Below the pieces are notes generated by a model. It did not search any database and was not told where the DNA came from. It saw only the letters and a program-made list of their open reading frames with translations. Source: Candidatus Thermosaccharophagus tengchongensis (lineage in GTDB: Bacteria; Armatimonadota; Fervidibacteria; Fervidibacterales; Thermosaccharophagaceae). Taken from it: a stretch of DNA of 64,000 bases. Within the stretch, counting starts at the first letter, position 1. Each line of letters starts with the position of its first letter. Shown in pieces: positions 1 to 10,047 of this stretch. Made by a program: the position numbers and the translations under genes. The stretch is from NCBI GenBank assembly GCA_032161105.1, contig JAVHTD010000008.1, one strand, 5' to 3'.

Positions 1-419
1 CAAGGGCTGTCCAGAACATAGCTTTTCCTGAGGGCGCTGTGAACAAAGGGACGGAGTGGACGACAGCATTAACGGAGCGCATTGCTAACTCGGTTGTGAA
101 CATAACCATCAAGTCAAAGGTGGTTGACTTCGTTGAGCTTGATGGGCACAAGTGCGCTGTCATTGAATCGGAAATAAGCGCCCCTGTGGACATGTCGGTG
201 AGGGTTGGCGAGTTTGACATAAAGCTTGATGGCGAGTTTAAGGCGTGGACAACGCTCCACTTTGATTACGAGAGGGGTATTGAAGTGCTTTCAGAGGACC
301 AAATTCGCGCTGTCATCAACCAAACAGCGCGAGCACAAGGCGGGAGCGTGAACTTACAATTCAAAGTGGCGGCAAATGCAAAATCAGTGCTGCTCAGTTA
401 TAGGGCAGCCGGCAAGTAA
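1..419 (+). CDS. Hypothetical beta-rich protein, 5'-truncated (DUF6263-like)
   Basis: Frame is open from the window edge (RAVQNIAFPEGAVNKGTEW...). The FPxxxVxxGxxW pattern resembles DUF6263-type proteins. Confidence 0.55.
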   Translation, partial: RAVQNIAFPEGAVNKGTEWTTALTERIANSVVNITIKSKVVDFVELDGHKCAVIESEISAPVDMSVRVGEFDIKLDGEFKAWTTLHFDYERGIEVLSEDQIRAVINQTARAQGGSVNLQFKVAANAKSVLLSYRAAGK

Positions 420-491
420 GCTTTTTGAAAACCATCATTTGGCTTCCGGGAAAACTATTCGGGCACATCTTGAAAAGGAGGTTGCAAACTA

Positions 492-1274
492 ATGGGTGAA
501 CTCAGGGTGGGCACATCTGGCTACCAGTATGACGATTGGGTCGGATACTTCTATCCACAGGGTTTGCCGAAGCGTGAGTGGCTCAACTTCTACGCACGCC
601 ACTTCAACACGGTTGAAGTGAATAGCTCGTTTTACACGATGCTCCCACCATCAACGACGGCTCGGCTGGCGAAAAAAGTTCCCGATGGATTTGACTTTGT
701 CATAAAGGCTCACAGGTCTTTCACGCATGACAGGAATGCCGATGAAGCTATGGTGCAAGATTTTCATGAAATGCTCAAGCCGTTAGCTGAGTCGGGCAAG
801 CTTGGATGTGTGTTGCTCCAATTCCCGTGGGAGTTCAGATACGACCAATCCAATCGCGATTACCTGATAAGCGTTTGTCACGCCCTCGCCGATTACCCAT
901 TGGTGGTTGAGTTCCGCAATATTGGCTGGATAAGGGATGAGGTGTTTGACTTCCTGCGGGATTGGAACATAGGCTTCTGCTGCGTTGATGAGCCGAGGCT
1001 TAAGGGCTTGATACCGCCTATAGCTGTGGCTACTTCCGATGTCGCCTATGTGCGCTTCCACGGGCGAAACAAGGAGAAGTGGTGGCAGCACGAGCAGCCT
1101 TGGGAGAGGTATGACTACCTTTACACCGAGGATGAGCTGAGTGAGTGGGTTCCGAAGATACAAAGCCTATTGAGCAACTCCGAGCGATGCTATGTCTTTT
1201 TCAACAACCATTACCAGGGCAAGGCAGCCGTAAACGCACAGATGCTCCTCAAGTTGATGGGCAACAGCGGGTGA
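492..1274 (+). CDS. DUF72 (YecE-like) TIM-barrel protein
   Basis: GTSGYQY, TVEVNSSFY, LLQFP and YVRFHGR motifs; AAGGAGG RBS upstream. Confidence 0.9.
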   Translation: MGELRVGTSGYQYDDWVGYFYPQGLPKREWLNFYARHFNTVEVNSSFYTMLPPSTTARLAKKVPDGFDFVIKAHRSFTHDRNADEAMVQDFHEMLKPLAESGKLGCVLLQFPWEFRYDQSNRDYLISVCHALADYPLVVEFRNIGWIRDEVFDFLRDWNIGFCCVDEPRLKGLIPPIAVATSDVAYVRFHGRNKEKWWQHEQPWERYDYLYTEDELSEWVPKIQSLLSNSERCYVFFNNHYQGKAAVNAQMLLKLMGNSG

Positions 1275-1278
1275 TGGG

Positions 1279-1929
1279 ATGAGTGTGAGTGAGTTGTTAA
1301 GCCGCTTGCAAGTCACTCTCCAACAAATACGCTCGCAGTTGGATGAGATTGATCAGCTGCGTGAGAAGTGTTTTGAGTTGTCTCGCAAGCTGGTAAGACA
1401 ATGCAGCACCGCGATAAAGCATGTCCATCGTGGTGAGCGTTCTGAGGCGGAAGTTGCATTGCGGGAAGCCGGCGCTATGGCGAGTGAGCTCTCCGAAATT
1501 GCGTCAGTGCATCCAGAAGTGTCCTCATGGGGCTTTGTGCAGGATGCGCAGCGTGAGTTTGCTGAGGCAGCGTTATTCTTTGCCATAGCCTTGGGGGATG
1601 TGCTGCCCGCGCTGGATGATTTGAAAGTCACCGGCGTGGCATACATTAACGGGCTCGCCGAAGCAATGGGCGAGTTGCGCAGGCTCATTTTGAGCAAGCT
1701 TGGTGATGGCGATGTTGAATCGGCAAGGGAATTGGTGAGCATTATGGAGAGTGTTTACTACGAGCTGCTCCCGTTTGACCATCCGGATGCCATCACGCTC
1801 GGCTTGAGAAGGCGTGTTGATCAGCTGCGCCACTCGCTTGAAAGGACGAAGGAAGACCTAACACTCACATTGCAATGCGCCGCACTTTTGCAATCGCTCA
1901 AGCGCACCGCATCCGGTGGCGCTCACTAA
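1279..1929 (+). CDS. Translin/TRAX-family protein
   Basis: All-helical protein with R..SR..VR.C..AI...H, AQREFAEA and YINGLAEAMGELRR motifs typical of translin-like proteins. Confidence 0.75.
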   Translation: MSVSELLSRLQVTLQQIRSQLDEIDQLREKCFELSRKLVRQCSTAIKHVHRGERSEAEVALREAGAMASELSEIASVHPEVSSWGFVQDAQREFAEAALFFAIALGDVLPALDDLKVTGVAYINGLAEAMGELRRLILSKLGDGDVESARELVSIMESVYYELLPFDHPDAITLGLRRRVDQLRHSLERTKEDLTLTLQCAALLQSLKRTASGGAH

Positions 1930-1964
1930 CATGGCTTCAATTTGTCAGCTCATGCGAGCTGCCC

Positions 1965-2837
1965 CTATAGCGTTATACGCATGCCGTCGTAAGCCACCAG
2001 CACTCCCTTCCTTCCGAGCTCCGCAGCAATGATGTGGTGTGGCGGTGTCCAGTGGGGCGAAATGTGAGTCAGGATGAACGGGGCATTGTCTTTGAGCATG
2101 CCCTCTGCAAGCATCCTTCGGCGCAACACCAGCGCAGCTTGAATGTTCATGTGCTCCTTAGTCGGCGCATCCACTCCGTATGTGGCATCAACTATTGCAG
2201 CATCAAACTGGAACTGGCGCATGTATGACAGCGTTTCCTCGCCCGGAAAACCTGTATCAACCGCATACAGCAGCCACTTGCCAAATCTGCAGATGGCGAA
2301 TATGAGTGCATCTTCACTCCCGATACAATGGGCAGCTGGCATCGGATGCACAACTGTAACCTCATCAATTTGGTGTGGCTCAAATGGCTTCAACTTGATG
2401 AGCCTCACCTTTAAGTCGTGCTTTTGTTGTTCGGCGAGCCATTGCCGGACAAGCATTAATGGGCGTTCATTGCCGCATATCGTGAGTTCGGTGAGCGCCG
2501 TGACCGGCTTCTTCGGTTTATAAGTTCGGTGCGCTGCCCATATGTTTGCGCGCCTTGAGTAGAGCAGTGTAGGGGATAGGTGGTCCGGGTGTGAGTGCGT
2601 GATGAGCAATGTCTTGAGGTTCGTCAAGTTGATGCCGTGACGCATCGCCGACGAAATCACATCGGGTGGGCAGTCAATGAGCAAGTCGTCACAGATGAGC
2701 GCACATGAAAATGAGCGCAGGTCGTTGCCGCCGTGGGCGCGTGCGGCATCGCAATTTTCGCAATTGCAAAATGGAGCCGGGTAAAGGTCCGCTGAGGCGG
2801 TCCCGAGGAGTGTAACGACCATCGTTTGGCAATCCAT
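1965..2837 (-). CDS. Metallo-beta-lactamase-fold hydrolase (PhnP-like)
   Basis: LLGT..., CNCENC Zn site, THSHPDH motif, VDTG, THISPH, VAYDG. Start trimmed to avoid overlap with the upstream gene. Confidence 0.85.
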   Translation of the reverse strand: MDCQTMVVTLLGTASADLYPAPFCNCENCDAARAHGGNDLRSFSCALICDDLLIDCPPDVISSAMRHGINLTNLKTLLITHSHPDHLSPTLLYSRRANIWAAHRTYKPKKPVTALTELTICGNERPLMLVRQWLAEQQKHDLKVRLIKLKPFEPHQIDEVTVVHPMPAAHCIGSEDALIFAICRFGKWLLYAVDTGFPGEETLSYMRQFQFDAAIVDATYGVDAPTKEHMNIQAALVLRRRMLAEGMLKDNAPFILTHISPHWTPPHHIIAAELGRKGVLVAYDGMRITL

Positions 2838-2854
2838 CCTTAGCACCGTCCCAT

Positions 2855-5011
2855 TTAAGTCAACCCTCTCCATCTGCGAATGAGCCATTCAAACGAAAGC
2901 AAAGCCAACACGGCAAGGTATAGCCACGGGAGCGTGTTAAGCCTCCTCGCGGAGACCTCGGCTTGTTTCAGTTTTTTCGCGACCCTCCCCGCTGCAAACT
3001 TTAAAGCCTCATCCGGTGTTAGGAGCTTGCAATTGAGTTTTTCCGATAATGTGCGAAGTGCTATCTCGTTGCGCCCAACACGCATTCGCTCGCTCAGCTG
3101 CATTGCAGTCACTACCGATGCGCGGTTGCCATTCATCCCGAGTGGCTTAAGCGTCCATGTCCCAGCTTTGTCAAGCCGCACGCGCCCAATGTAGACGCTG
3201 CCATGCCTGTCCAGATTAAATGTCGCTTGACTGCCGTCCTCATGAGTTGCTTCCACTTTGATTTCGCTTGGTTGCCCCGAAGCCGGTCCACCGTGCCAGA
3301 CAGCTCGCACAGTTAGGGTTTCTTTCACATCCGTGAGCGTCTTATCCGGTGTCAGAGTCACCCAGTTATCAACGAGTGGTGATGGCATACACCTTACAAT
3401 GCCTTGCCAGAACTTCAAGAACTCAGTGGGCTGTGCTGAGCGCCTTGCTGCGTCCATCCACCATCGCCATGTATCAAATGGGGCGAAGACCATCACCTTA
3501 CCGGCACCATAACGATGCCAAACGAGTGCTGCATCGTTGCTAACTGCAGCACCATCGTATCTGAGGAGGATTTGCGATGCCCCTTTTGGTCTCCCGAGGA
3601 TGACGCCATATTTAAGCTTTGGGAGACCCTTCCAAAGGCGCTTTGATGTTTCCTCTCCAAAGCCCATGTTTATCGCCGGGCACTTTAAACCGATGCCTGT
3701 GGGCATTAGCGAAAAGTCAGCAGTTAAAAAATTGCCTTTAGATGGCTCAACCGGAAGCAGCTGCATCAATGTCCTGTCCCTTGAGTTGAGCAAGCTCCTA
3801 TCGCCGCCGAGTATGAGCAATGTCCCGCCACGCTCGCCAACATACCATGCAAGCTCATCAATCGCCCTCGGTGGAAGTGAGCTTGCATCAATGTTCCCAA
3901 CGATGACTATGTCAAACTTGTTCAGCGTTGCCCTATCAATGCTCAGCCTGAGCACCTGTTCGCCGCTTACTAAATCACCTTGCGCCAAGAAGCCGGCTCC
4001 ATCCCTCTCGCTGAGCGAGAGAAGCTCAATTGCGCCATCGCTCTCAAGTGCTCTTTTAATGAACTTGAACTCAGGGTTTGGTGAGCCGGCGATGAAAAGT
4101 GCCCTTACATTGCGCTCAACCGTCCTTATGAATGCCATTGCCCTGTTATCCTCGGTGAGTTGCTCATGCTCACCGGGTGTGCAACTCGCTGTAATCACAT
4201 GTTCACCAGGCGGTGTGGAGAGGGTCAACTCAAATGTTTTTCTCGCATCGTGCCTCGTCAGCGCCAATCGGCTTTGATGTATTCGCCTCCCGTCAAGCGA
4301 GACAGTTAGTTCGCCACTATAGCTTTCACCGCTCGCTAACCTAACTGAGCATCGGACTGATACCGTGCTCTTTGGGAAAGTGAGGATAAATCGCGGTGTC
4401 ACCTCAACTGAAACGCTTTGTGCCTCCCCCTTGCCGACGCCAACGATTGCCCAATTGCCGCCGATTGATAAATTGCCGATGGCACTTATAGCTGTTGATA
4501 GCCTATCGGAATCGGCATCTTGACCATCCGTGAGCACGATCACGATGGGTTCATCGCTGTTGCCAATTCGCTGGGCAAATGTAAGCATGTTGGCAACAAG
4601 CCTTGTTTGCTCATCGGCGAACTTGAGTGAGTTCAGTTCATCCAGGTTGACCTCACGGAGGAATTCCCCGAATGCCCAAATGTGTATGTCCGATGGCTCA
4701 ACTATCTTCCCCAACTTACGCGTCATTGTTTTTAGCACACTCATTGCCTCATCATCAGCTCCGCTCAAGCGCATGCTCAGTGAGGTATCAACAAGTATGT
4801 GAATGGCGGGGTTATACGAACGCCAATGCTTAACGGTCAGCTCAATCGGGGATAGCAGCAGCCAAAGGAGCACAATGGCTAACATGCGCAAGAATAGCGC
4901 TATAAGCCATCCCTTGCTGCGCCATCTTCGGCGCTCACTCAGGTATGCATACACTGAAAGCATGGCAACCGCAAGCAGAATGGTTTTAAGCATCATGAAG
5001 CGCTTCACCAT
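2855..5011 (-). CDS. Membrane protein with vWA domain and GATase1-like (DUF1355-type) domain
   Basis: N-terminal TM helices, DTSLSM MIDAS motif, VLTDG, GGTLLILGG, YGAGKV, and C-terminal LSFEWLIRR..GL. Confidence 0.75.
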   Translation of the reverse strand: MVKRFMMLKTILLAVAMLSVYAYLSERRRWRSKGWLIALFLRMLAIVLLWLLLSPIELTVKHWRSYNPAIHILVDTSLSMRLSGADDEAMSVLKTMTRKLGKIVEPSDIHIWAFGEFLREVNLDELNSLKFADEQTRLVANMLTFAQRIGNSDEPIVIVLTDGQDADSDRLSTAISAIGNLSIGGNWAIVGVGKGEAQSVSVEVTPRFILTFPKSTVSVRCSVRLASGESYSGELTVSLDGRRIHQSRLALTRHDARKTFELTLSTPPGEHVITASCTPGEHEQLTEDNRAMAFIRTVERNVRALFIAGSPNPEFKFIKRALESDGAIELLSLSERDGAGFLAQGDLVSGEQVLRLSIDRATLNKFDIVIVGNIDASSLPPRAIDELAWYVGERGGTLLILGGDRSLLNSRDRTLMQLLPVEPSKGNFLTADFSLMPTGIGLKCPAINMGFGEETSKRLWKGLPKLKYGVILGRPKGASQILLRYDGAAVSNDAALVWHRYGAGKVMVFAPFDTWRWWMDAARRSAQPTEFLKFWQGIVRCMPSPLVDNWVTLTPDKTLTDVKETLTVRAVWHGGPASGQPSEIKVEATHEDGSQATFNLDRHGSVYIGRVRLDKAGTWTLKPLGMNGNRASVVTAMQLSERMRVGRNEIALRTLSEKLNCKLLTPDEALKFAAGRVAKKLKQAEVSARRLNTLPWLYLAVLALLSFEWLIRRWRGLT

Positions 5012-5073
5012 CCAGTGCGCATCTCATTCAAGTCGGCAATATCATGATCCAGCAGATGGCTGCATGAGGGTGC

Positions 5074-5772
5074 TCAGCCTTTTCCCTCAAGCCACTTTAC
5101 GATGGATTGCCAAAGCGTAAGACCGTCAGTGCTCCCGAGGATGGCTTCCGAGCATCTCTCAGGGTGTGGCATCATGCCGAGCACATTCCTTTGCTCATTG
5201 CATATGCCGGCGATGTTTGCGAGTGAGCCATTTGGGTTAGCCATTGGCGTTACATTTCCATGTTCGTCACAGTATCGGAACACAATTTGCCCATTCGCCT
5301 CAAGCGCTTTGAGCGTCTGCTCGTCGCAGTAATAATTCCCATCGCCATGTGCGACCGGCATGCGCACAATTTGCCCGCGCCGATATAAGTTCGTGAATGG
5401 TGTATCGGTGGTCTCAACCTTGAGGTGAACAAACTTGCACACGAAATGCAGGCTGCGATTTCGCAGCATTGCCCCCGGGAGAAGACCAGCCTCAAGCAAA
5501 ATCTGAAAGCCATTGCAAATGCCTATGACAAGACCGCCTCGCTCGGCGAACTCCGTAACCGCATCCATGACTTTTGAAAACCTCGCAATAGCTCCCGGGC
5601 GAAGATAATCGCCATATGAGAAGCCGCCCGGAAGGATGAGGCAGTCAACATCCTTTAAGTTGGCATCTTCATGCCAGACATACTTAACCGGCTTTCCGAG
5701 GACATTGCGGATGACATGGTAGCAATCCTGATCGCAGTTTGACCCGGCAAAGACAACGACACCAAAGCGCAT
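5074..5772 (-). CDS. purQ: Phosphoribosylformylglycinamidine synthase subunit PurQ
   Basis: [33 protein letters not shown]. Confidence 0.97.
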   Translation of the reverse strand: MRFGVVVFAGSNCDQDCYHVIRNVLGKPVKYVWHEDANLKDVDCLILPGGFSYGDYLRPGAIARFSKVMDAVTEFAERGGLVIGICNGFQILLEAGLLPGAMLRNRSLHFVCKFVHLKVETTDTPFTNLYRRGQIVRMPVAHGDGNYYCDEQTLKALEANGQIVFRYCDEHGNVTPMANPNGSLANIAGICNEQRNVLGMMPHPERCSEAILGSTDGLTLWQSIVKWLEGKG

Positions 5773-5817
5773 CCAATCACCCCTTTAAGGTGGCGAGTTT
5801 GCGCACATCATCCAGCT

Positions 5818-6078
5818 CTAATCGGTGTTCTCCACGAGCACCTCATATTCCTCAGTAACTGGGTTTGCGAGAAGCCTCTCACACATCTCCCTTACCATCG
5901 CCGTCACTTCGCTCCCATCCTCGGAATCAAGCGTCAGCTCAATTAGCTTGCCCACTCTCACATCGGTGACAGAGTTATACCCAAGTTGAAGCAATGCCCT
6001 TTTAATCACAGCCCCTTGAGCATCCATTAATGAAGGCTTGAGCCGTATGAGCACTATCGCTTTCTTCATGTGAATCAC
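5818..6078 (-). CDS. purS: Phosphoribosylformylglycinamidine synthase subunit PurS
   Basis: LKPS..DAQG, VRVGKLIEL, MCERLLANPVTEEY; lies directly upstream of purQ. Confidence 0.95.
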   Translation of the reverse strand: MIHMKKAIVLIRLKPSLMDAQGAVIKRALLQLGYNSVTDVRVGKLIELTLDSEDGSEVTAMVREMCERLLANPVTEEYEVLVENTD

Positions 6079-6515
6079 TCCGCCATCAATCTTTGCTCCC
6101 GAAAGTCAACTCCCCGGCGTCTAAGATGCCATTATCCTTGATGCTGCCTTTCCCATTGAGCTCGTGACAGCCCCTTCCATCCCGCCTTAGCGAGGCACTC
6201 TTTAGAGCAGCGCCCTCTCTGCCGTGCACTGGTTGCACCCGCTTTACACCCATTTTGGCGCGCTTGCCGTTGCGGCATCCTTTGATCCCAAACAAAATTT
6301 GCCATCGCAACCGCACCGCATTTGCGCGAGCAATTCTTGAGAGCCATCAAGATCTGTTCACCATGAGAAGCCCAAATATCGCGGACCATTAGCGCAGGCT
6401 TGTGGAGGAGTAAGCCTCACTGCGTCGCAGTAGCATTTGAACCGGCATTGCGTCACACTGATGATGTCAATCAAGCACCCGCGCAAATGCGCGGTTCAAA
6501 AGAGGGGAATGAAGC

Positions 6516-7034
6516 ATGCATCTGATAACACAGGAGCAAGTGGAGCAAGTTTGGAGCGACATGGCAAAGTATGGTGAGCGGGAAGCGGAAGAGCTTGATG
6601 CTCGCGTCACGAGTGCGCAGCCGAATGTCTTGCCCTTCGCCTTCGCCATGTTGGAGGAACTTCCCGAGAGGGCACAGGAGTGGGCTGTGCACCTTTCATA
6701 TCTTGTCACTGAGGTCTTTCTGAGGGCGAGCGGTAACGCTTTACCAGTGGTGTCACTTGAAGAATTCTTGGGAGCTTACGAACAAGTTGGCGACAAGCTT
6801 TCCGAACTTGCAGAAGCTGCGCAATCCGCTGAGGAGGGTGCTCCAACCATAACTGTGGATGAGTTGACAGACCAGCCGAATGTGCTCACCACTGTCATTG
6901 AGGTCCTTGAAGCTGGGGAAGAGGAAGGGGCACTCTCCGGTTCGGAAGCATCCACGATATTCTGCCTAATGCTTGCCGTCATAAATGCATACAATGATGC
7001 ATGGGCACGCTCCAGCGGTCATTCACAGGCGTAA
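6516..7034 (+). CDS. Acidic helical hypothetical protein
   Basis: 172-aa ORF with an AGAGGGG RBS; internally repeated QPNVL motif. Confidence 0.6.
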   Translation: MHLITQEQVEQVWSDMAKYGEREAEELDARVTSAQPNVLPFAFAMLEELPERAQEWAVHLSYLVTEVFLRASGNALPVVSLEEFLGAYEQVGDKLSELAEAAQSAEEGAPTITVDELTDQPNVLTTVIEVLEAGEEEGALSGSEASTIFCLMLAVINAYNDAWARSSGHSQA

Positions 7035-7093
7035 ACGGCTTCCACACACTTTGAAGGGAGTCGTCGCTATCCTACCTGTGGGAGCGCTTTTGC

Positions 7094-7606
7094 TCAGAAG
7101 TATCGCGCTAACAAGCGGCGGCTCCGTGAGTCAAGTGCGTCGCAGTTCGGTATCTCGTATCTCCGTCCATCTTCGTCTATGATGAAGATGCGCGGGTAGC
7201 GCGCTTTGTATATGTTGTCGGTATTCGGTATGTGAAGCTCCATCGCCCCGATATCGGTTTCCACTTCCCAAACCATCCCTCCGGATGCCTTCTCATGCCT
7301 TATGCGGCGGACTCGCTTTATCTTCGGCATCATGTAGATTCGCTCAAGCTCCTCCCACAGGATTGCCCTTGATGCCGGTTCAATGTTCTGCAAGTCCCTT
7401 ATGATTCCGATCTCCCTTCCATCGGTGTCAAGCACCGAAATGTAATGCGACTTATCCGTTAGCGGTAGCAATCTCACCAGCCTGCCGATCTTCATTCTTT
7501 GCCCATCGCAAATGAGCCACAGCTCATTGTTTTCATCGCGCTCAACTTGCACCTCGCATTCGTCCAACCATCGTATTTCTAAATCCGGTTCAATGTCCCC
7601 ATCCAT
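7094..7606 (-). CDS. DUF1854 domain protein
   Basis: RLLPLTD..YISVLD..GREIGII, L.EELE..Y..PKI, WEVETD.G, RYEIP...LD..SRRLL. Confidence 0.85.
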   Translation of the reverse strand: MDGDIEPDLEIRWLDECEVQVERDENNELWLICDGQRMKIGRLVRLLPLTDKSHYISVLDTDGREIGIIRDLQNIEPASRAILWEELERIYMMPKIKRVRRIRHEKASGGMVWEVETDIGAMELHIPNTDNIYKARYPRIFIIDEDGRRYEIPNCDALDSRSRRLLARYF

Positions 7607-7668
7607 GCTCTGTCACCCCCACAGCCGCTTCAAAAAGGCATCCGGCAAGGGATTGACTGGAACTCATC

Positions 7669-9531
7669 TCATGCCCTGGATGCGTTTCCATTTGAGCCAT
7701 CATTGCCTTCACGGTTATGAGCGTTGCTTTCATTTGAGCTATCTAAGTCACCGTCACCTTTGCCGTTGCCATTATCGTTAAGCAAGCTGTTGCTTAGCAT
7801 CGCCTGTATTTGAACGAGGCGCTTATATATTCCGTCTCGCTGCATCAACTCCTCGTGCGTTCCCATTTCAACCACTCGCCCGCTGTCAAGCACGATTAGC
7901 CTGTCGGCGTTGCGCAGCGTTGAGAGCCTGTGTGCTATGGCGAAAGTTGTCCTGCCTTTGAGCAGCCTCTCAAGCGCCTTTTGGATAGCATATTCGGATT
8001 CGCTATCCACTGAGGATGTGGCTTCGTCAAGGATGAGTATCTTTGGGTCTCTCAGGATAGCCCTCGCAATGGAAATCCTTTGCCTCTCACCACCGGAGAG
8101 CTTTGTTCCGCGCTCACCGACATATGTATCGTATGCGTCTGGAAAGTTCAGGATGAATTGGTGTGCATTGGCAGCCTTAGCTGCTTTTATGATCTCCTCC
8201 ATCGTTGCATTCGGTCGCCCGTATGCTATGTTCTCATAGATTGTCCCATGGAACAGGAATGGTTCTTGCAACACCACTCCCATCTTCTCACGCAATGCTT
8301 TCAAGTCAAGCTGCCTCAGGTCATGCCCATCAATCAGTATTCGCCCTTCCTTCGGGTCGTAGAATCGCGCGACGAGTGCTGTAAGAGTTGTCTTGCCGGC
8401 ACCGCTTCTTCCGACTATGCCTATGGTCTCCCCGGGACGGACTTTCAAGCTAATGTCTCTCAACGCCGGCACCCCATCATCCCGCTTTCCGTTGCCGTTG
8501 TATGAGAAGCTGACCCTGTCAAACACAACTTCGCCCTTGAGTTCGCTCAACTTTATCGGTTGTGATGGTTGCTCAATTTCCGGCTTCGTATCCAGTATCT
8601 CAAACACCCTCTCCGCAGCTGCGGCAGTCCTTTGCCACACATCGTTCAGGTATGTGAGGTTTTGGACGGGCACATAGAACTGGCGGAGATACATCGTGAA
8701 CATTGTCAGCACGCCGATGGTTATTTGTCCATCAAGGACTTGATTGCCACCAATCCACCAGACAAGCATCAGCCCAAAGGTGGATATAAAGCCCATTGTC
8801 GGGAAGAAGAGTGTTGAGAGCCTTGCAGCATCAAGGTTTGAGCGCACTATCCTCTCGCATCTTCCCCTAAAGCGCTTCACCTCGCGCTCCTCTTGGTTGA
8901 AGCATTGGATGACCTTGATGCCGGAAAGCGTTTCAATGAGGAATGAGTGCATCTCAGCGATGACATTCCATAGCCTGCGATACACGACGATGGCGAGCTC
9001 ACGATAGTATACAGTGAGGATTGCGAGCAGCGGTGCCGGAAGTAATGCTATCAGGGCGAGGTGCACATTTGTCCTGAAGAGCACAATGGCGATCCCTACG
9101 AGGGTTATGAGGTCAATCAGTATGGATGGGACATTGTGGACAATGAATTGCTCAAGTGCAGTCACATCACCAGTTATGCGCGACATGATCTGACCGCTGC
9201 GGCGCGCTTCAAAGAAAGACATGTCAAGGTTTGCCACATGCTCGTAGAGGCGTGTGCGCAGGTCGTAGAGGACTCTTTGACCGAGCCATGCCATCAAATA
9301 ATTCCTAACCATGCTCAAAAGGGTTGAGGCAAGATACACGCCGAGTAGGGCGATGGTCAGCCACAGCAGCAAAACCCTGTTGTGCTTCATGATTGCGTCG
9401 TCAATCAGTATGCGCATGAGCATCGGTGGGACGAGCGAAAGCCAAGTAAGTGTGACAGCCAAGGTCAGTCCAAGGATTGCTTGCCATGCGTATGGTCTGA
9501 GGAAGCTGACCAATCGTCCAATTAGTGACAT
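7669..9531 (-). CDS. ABC exporter, fused permease/ATPase (MsbA-like)
   Basis: Six-TM domain, Walker A GRSGAGKTT, signature LSGGERQR, ILILDEATS. Start placed at MSLIGRL, downstream of a GGAGG RBS. Confidence 0.92.
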   Translation of the reverse strand: MSLIGRLVSFLRPYAWQAILGLTLAVTLTWLSLVPPMLMRILIDDAIMKHNRVLLLWLTIALLGVYLASTLLSMVRNYLMAWLGQRVLYDLRTRLYEHVANLDMSFFEARRSGQIMSRITGDVTALEQFIVHNVPSILIDLITLVGIAIVLFRTNVHLALIALLPAPLLAILTVYYRELAIVVYRRLWNVIAEMHSFLIETLSGIKVIQCFNQEEREVKRFRGRCERIVRSNLDAARLSTLFFPTMGFISTFGLMLVWWIGGNQVLDGQITIGVLTMFTMYLRQFYVPVQNLTYLNDVWQRTAAAAERVFEILDTKPEIEQPSQPIKLSELKGEVVFDRVSFSYNGNGKRDDGVPALRDISLKVRPGETIGIVGRSGAGKTTLTALVARFYDPKEGRILIDGHDLRQLDLKALREKMGVVLQEPFLFHGTIYENIAYGRPNATMEEIIKAAKAANAHQFILNFPDAYDTYVGERGTKLSGGERQRISIARAILRDPKILILDEATSSVDSESEYAIQKALERLLKGRTTFAIAHRLSTLRNADRLIVLDSGRVVEMGTHEELMQRDGIYKRLVQIQAMLSNSLLNDNGNGKGDGDLDSSNESNAHNREGNDGSNGNASRA

Positions 9532-9655
9532 CCTCAAGCCGCCTCCAATTTGGTGCTGTGGTGCGGTCAAAAATAAACGCCATCCGTGAGAGCGTGTCAT
9601 ATGCTCCTCGGATGGCTGAAGCACTGCGCCGTCACGGGTCTCTAATTGTGCATGC

Positions 9656-9710
9656 AAAAATAAAATGGGCTTTGACTGGCGTGCACTTACGGCACGCCAT
9701 CAAAACCCAT
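9656..9710 (-). terminator. Intrinsic terminator-like hairpin upstream of the ABC exporter
   Basis: On the minus strand ATGGGTTTTGATGGCGTGC...GCACGCCAGTCAAAGCCCAT is followed by TTTATTTTT. Confidence 0.7.
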
Positions 9711-9902
9711 CACTTTCACAGCCCGTGCGGTTTATCCACTTTCCACCACAGCACCTTTTTAGCTGCTTTGTTGCATATCCCAACTCACCAGCGGGCTTGC
9801 CCTACGACCACCCCATCCTTCAATCTCACCGCAAACTTACACTATCGTGGTGCGTTGCAGTATTTCAGCTGTCCAATGGCAGGTGCCCGCTGTTCAAAAG
9901 TC

Positions 9903-9930
9903 ATTTTAGCGCGCAATCGGTGAATGTCAA
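9903..9930 (-). promoter_or_regulatory. Sigma70-type promoter
   Basis: TTGACA-16 nt-TAAAAT on the minus strand. Confidence 0.6.
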
Positions 9931-10047
9931 ATTTAGCCGCATCAAAATCCGCTGCAAGCGCGTCCCGAAAGGCTTTTGAAGGTGTCATGCGCGGGCGTGT
10001 CACACCATACTAATTGATGCATCCACTTCCGGCTCGGGAGGTAAGAC

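Noticed and set aside
6086..6470. Short ORFs or a purine/ZTP riboswitch upstream of purS
   Set aside because: ORFs lack recognisable motifs, and no riboswitch consensus could be identified by eye.
9711..9785. Cys-containing ~27-aa leader peptide (TTG start) before the terminator
   Set aside because: No properly spaced RBS and no recognisable leader or RiPP features.
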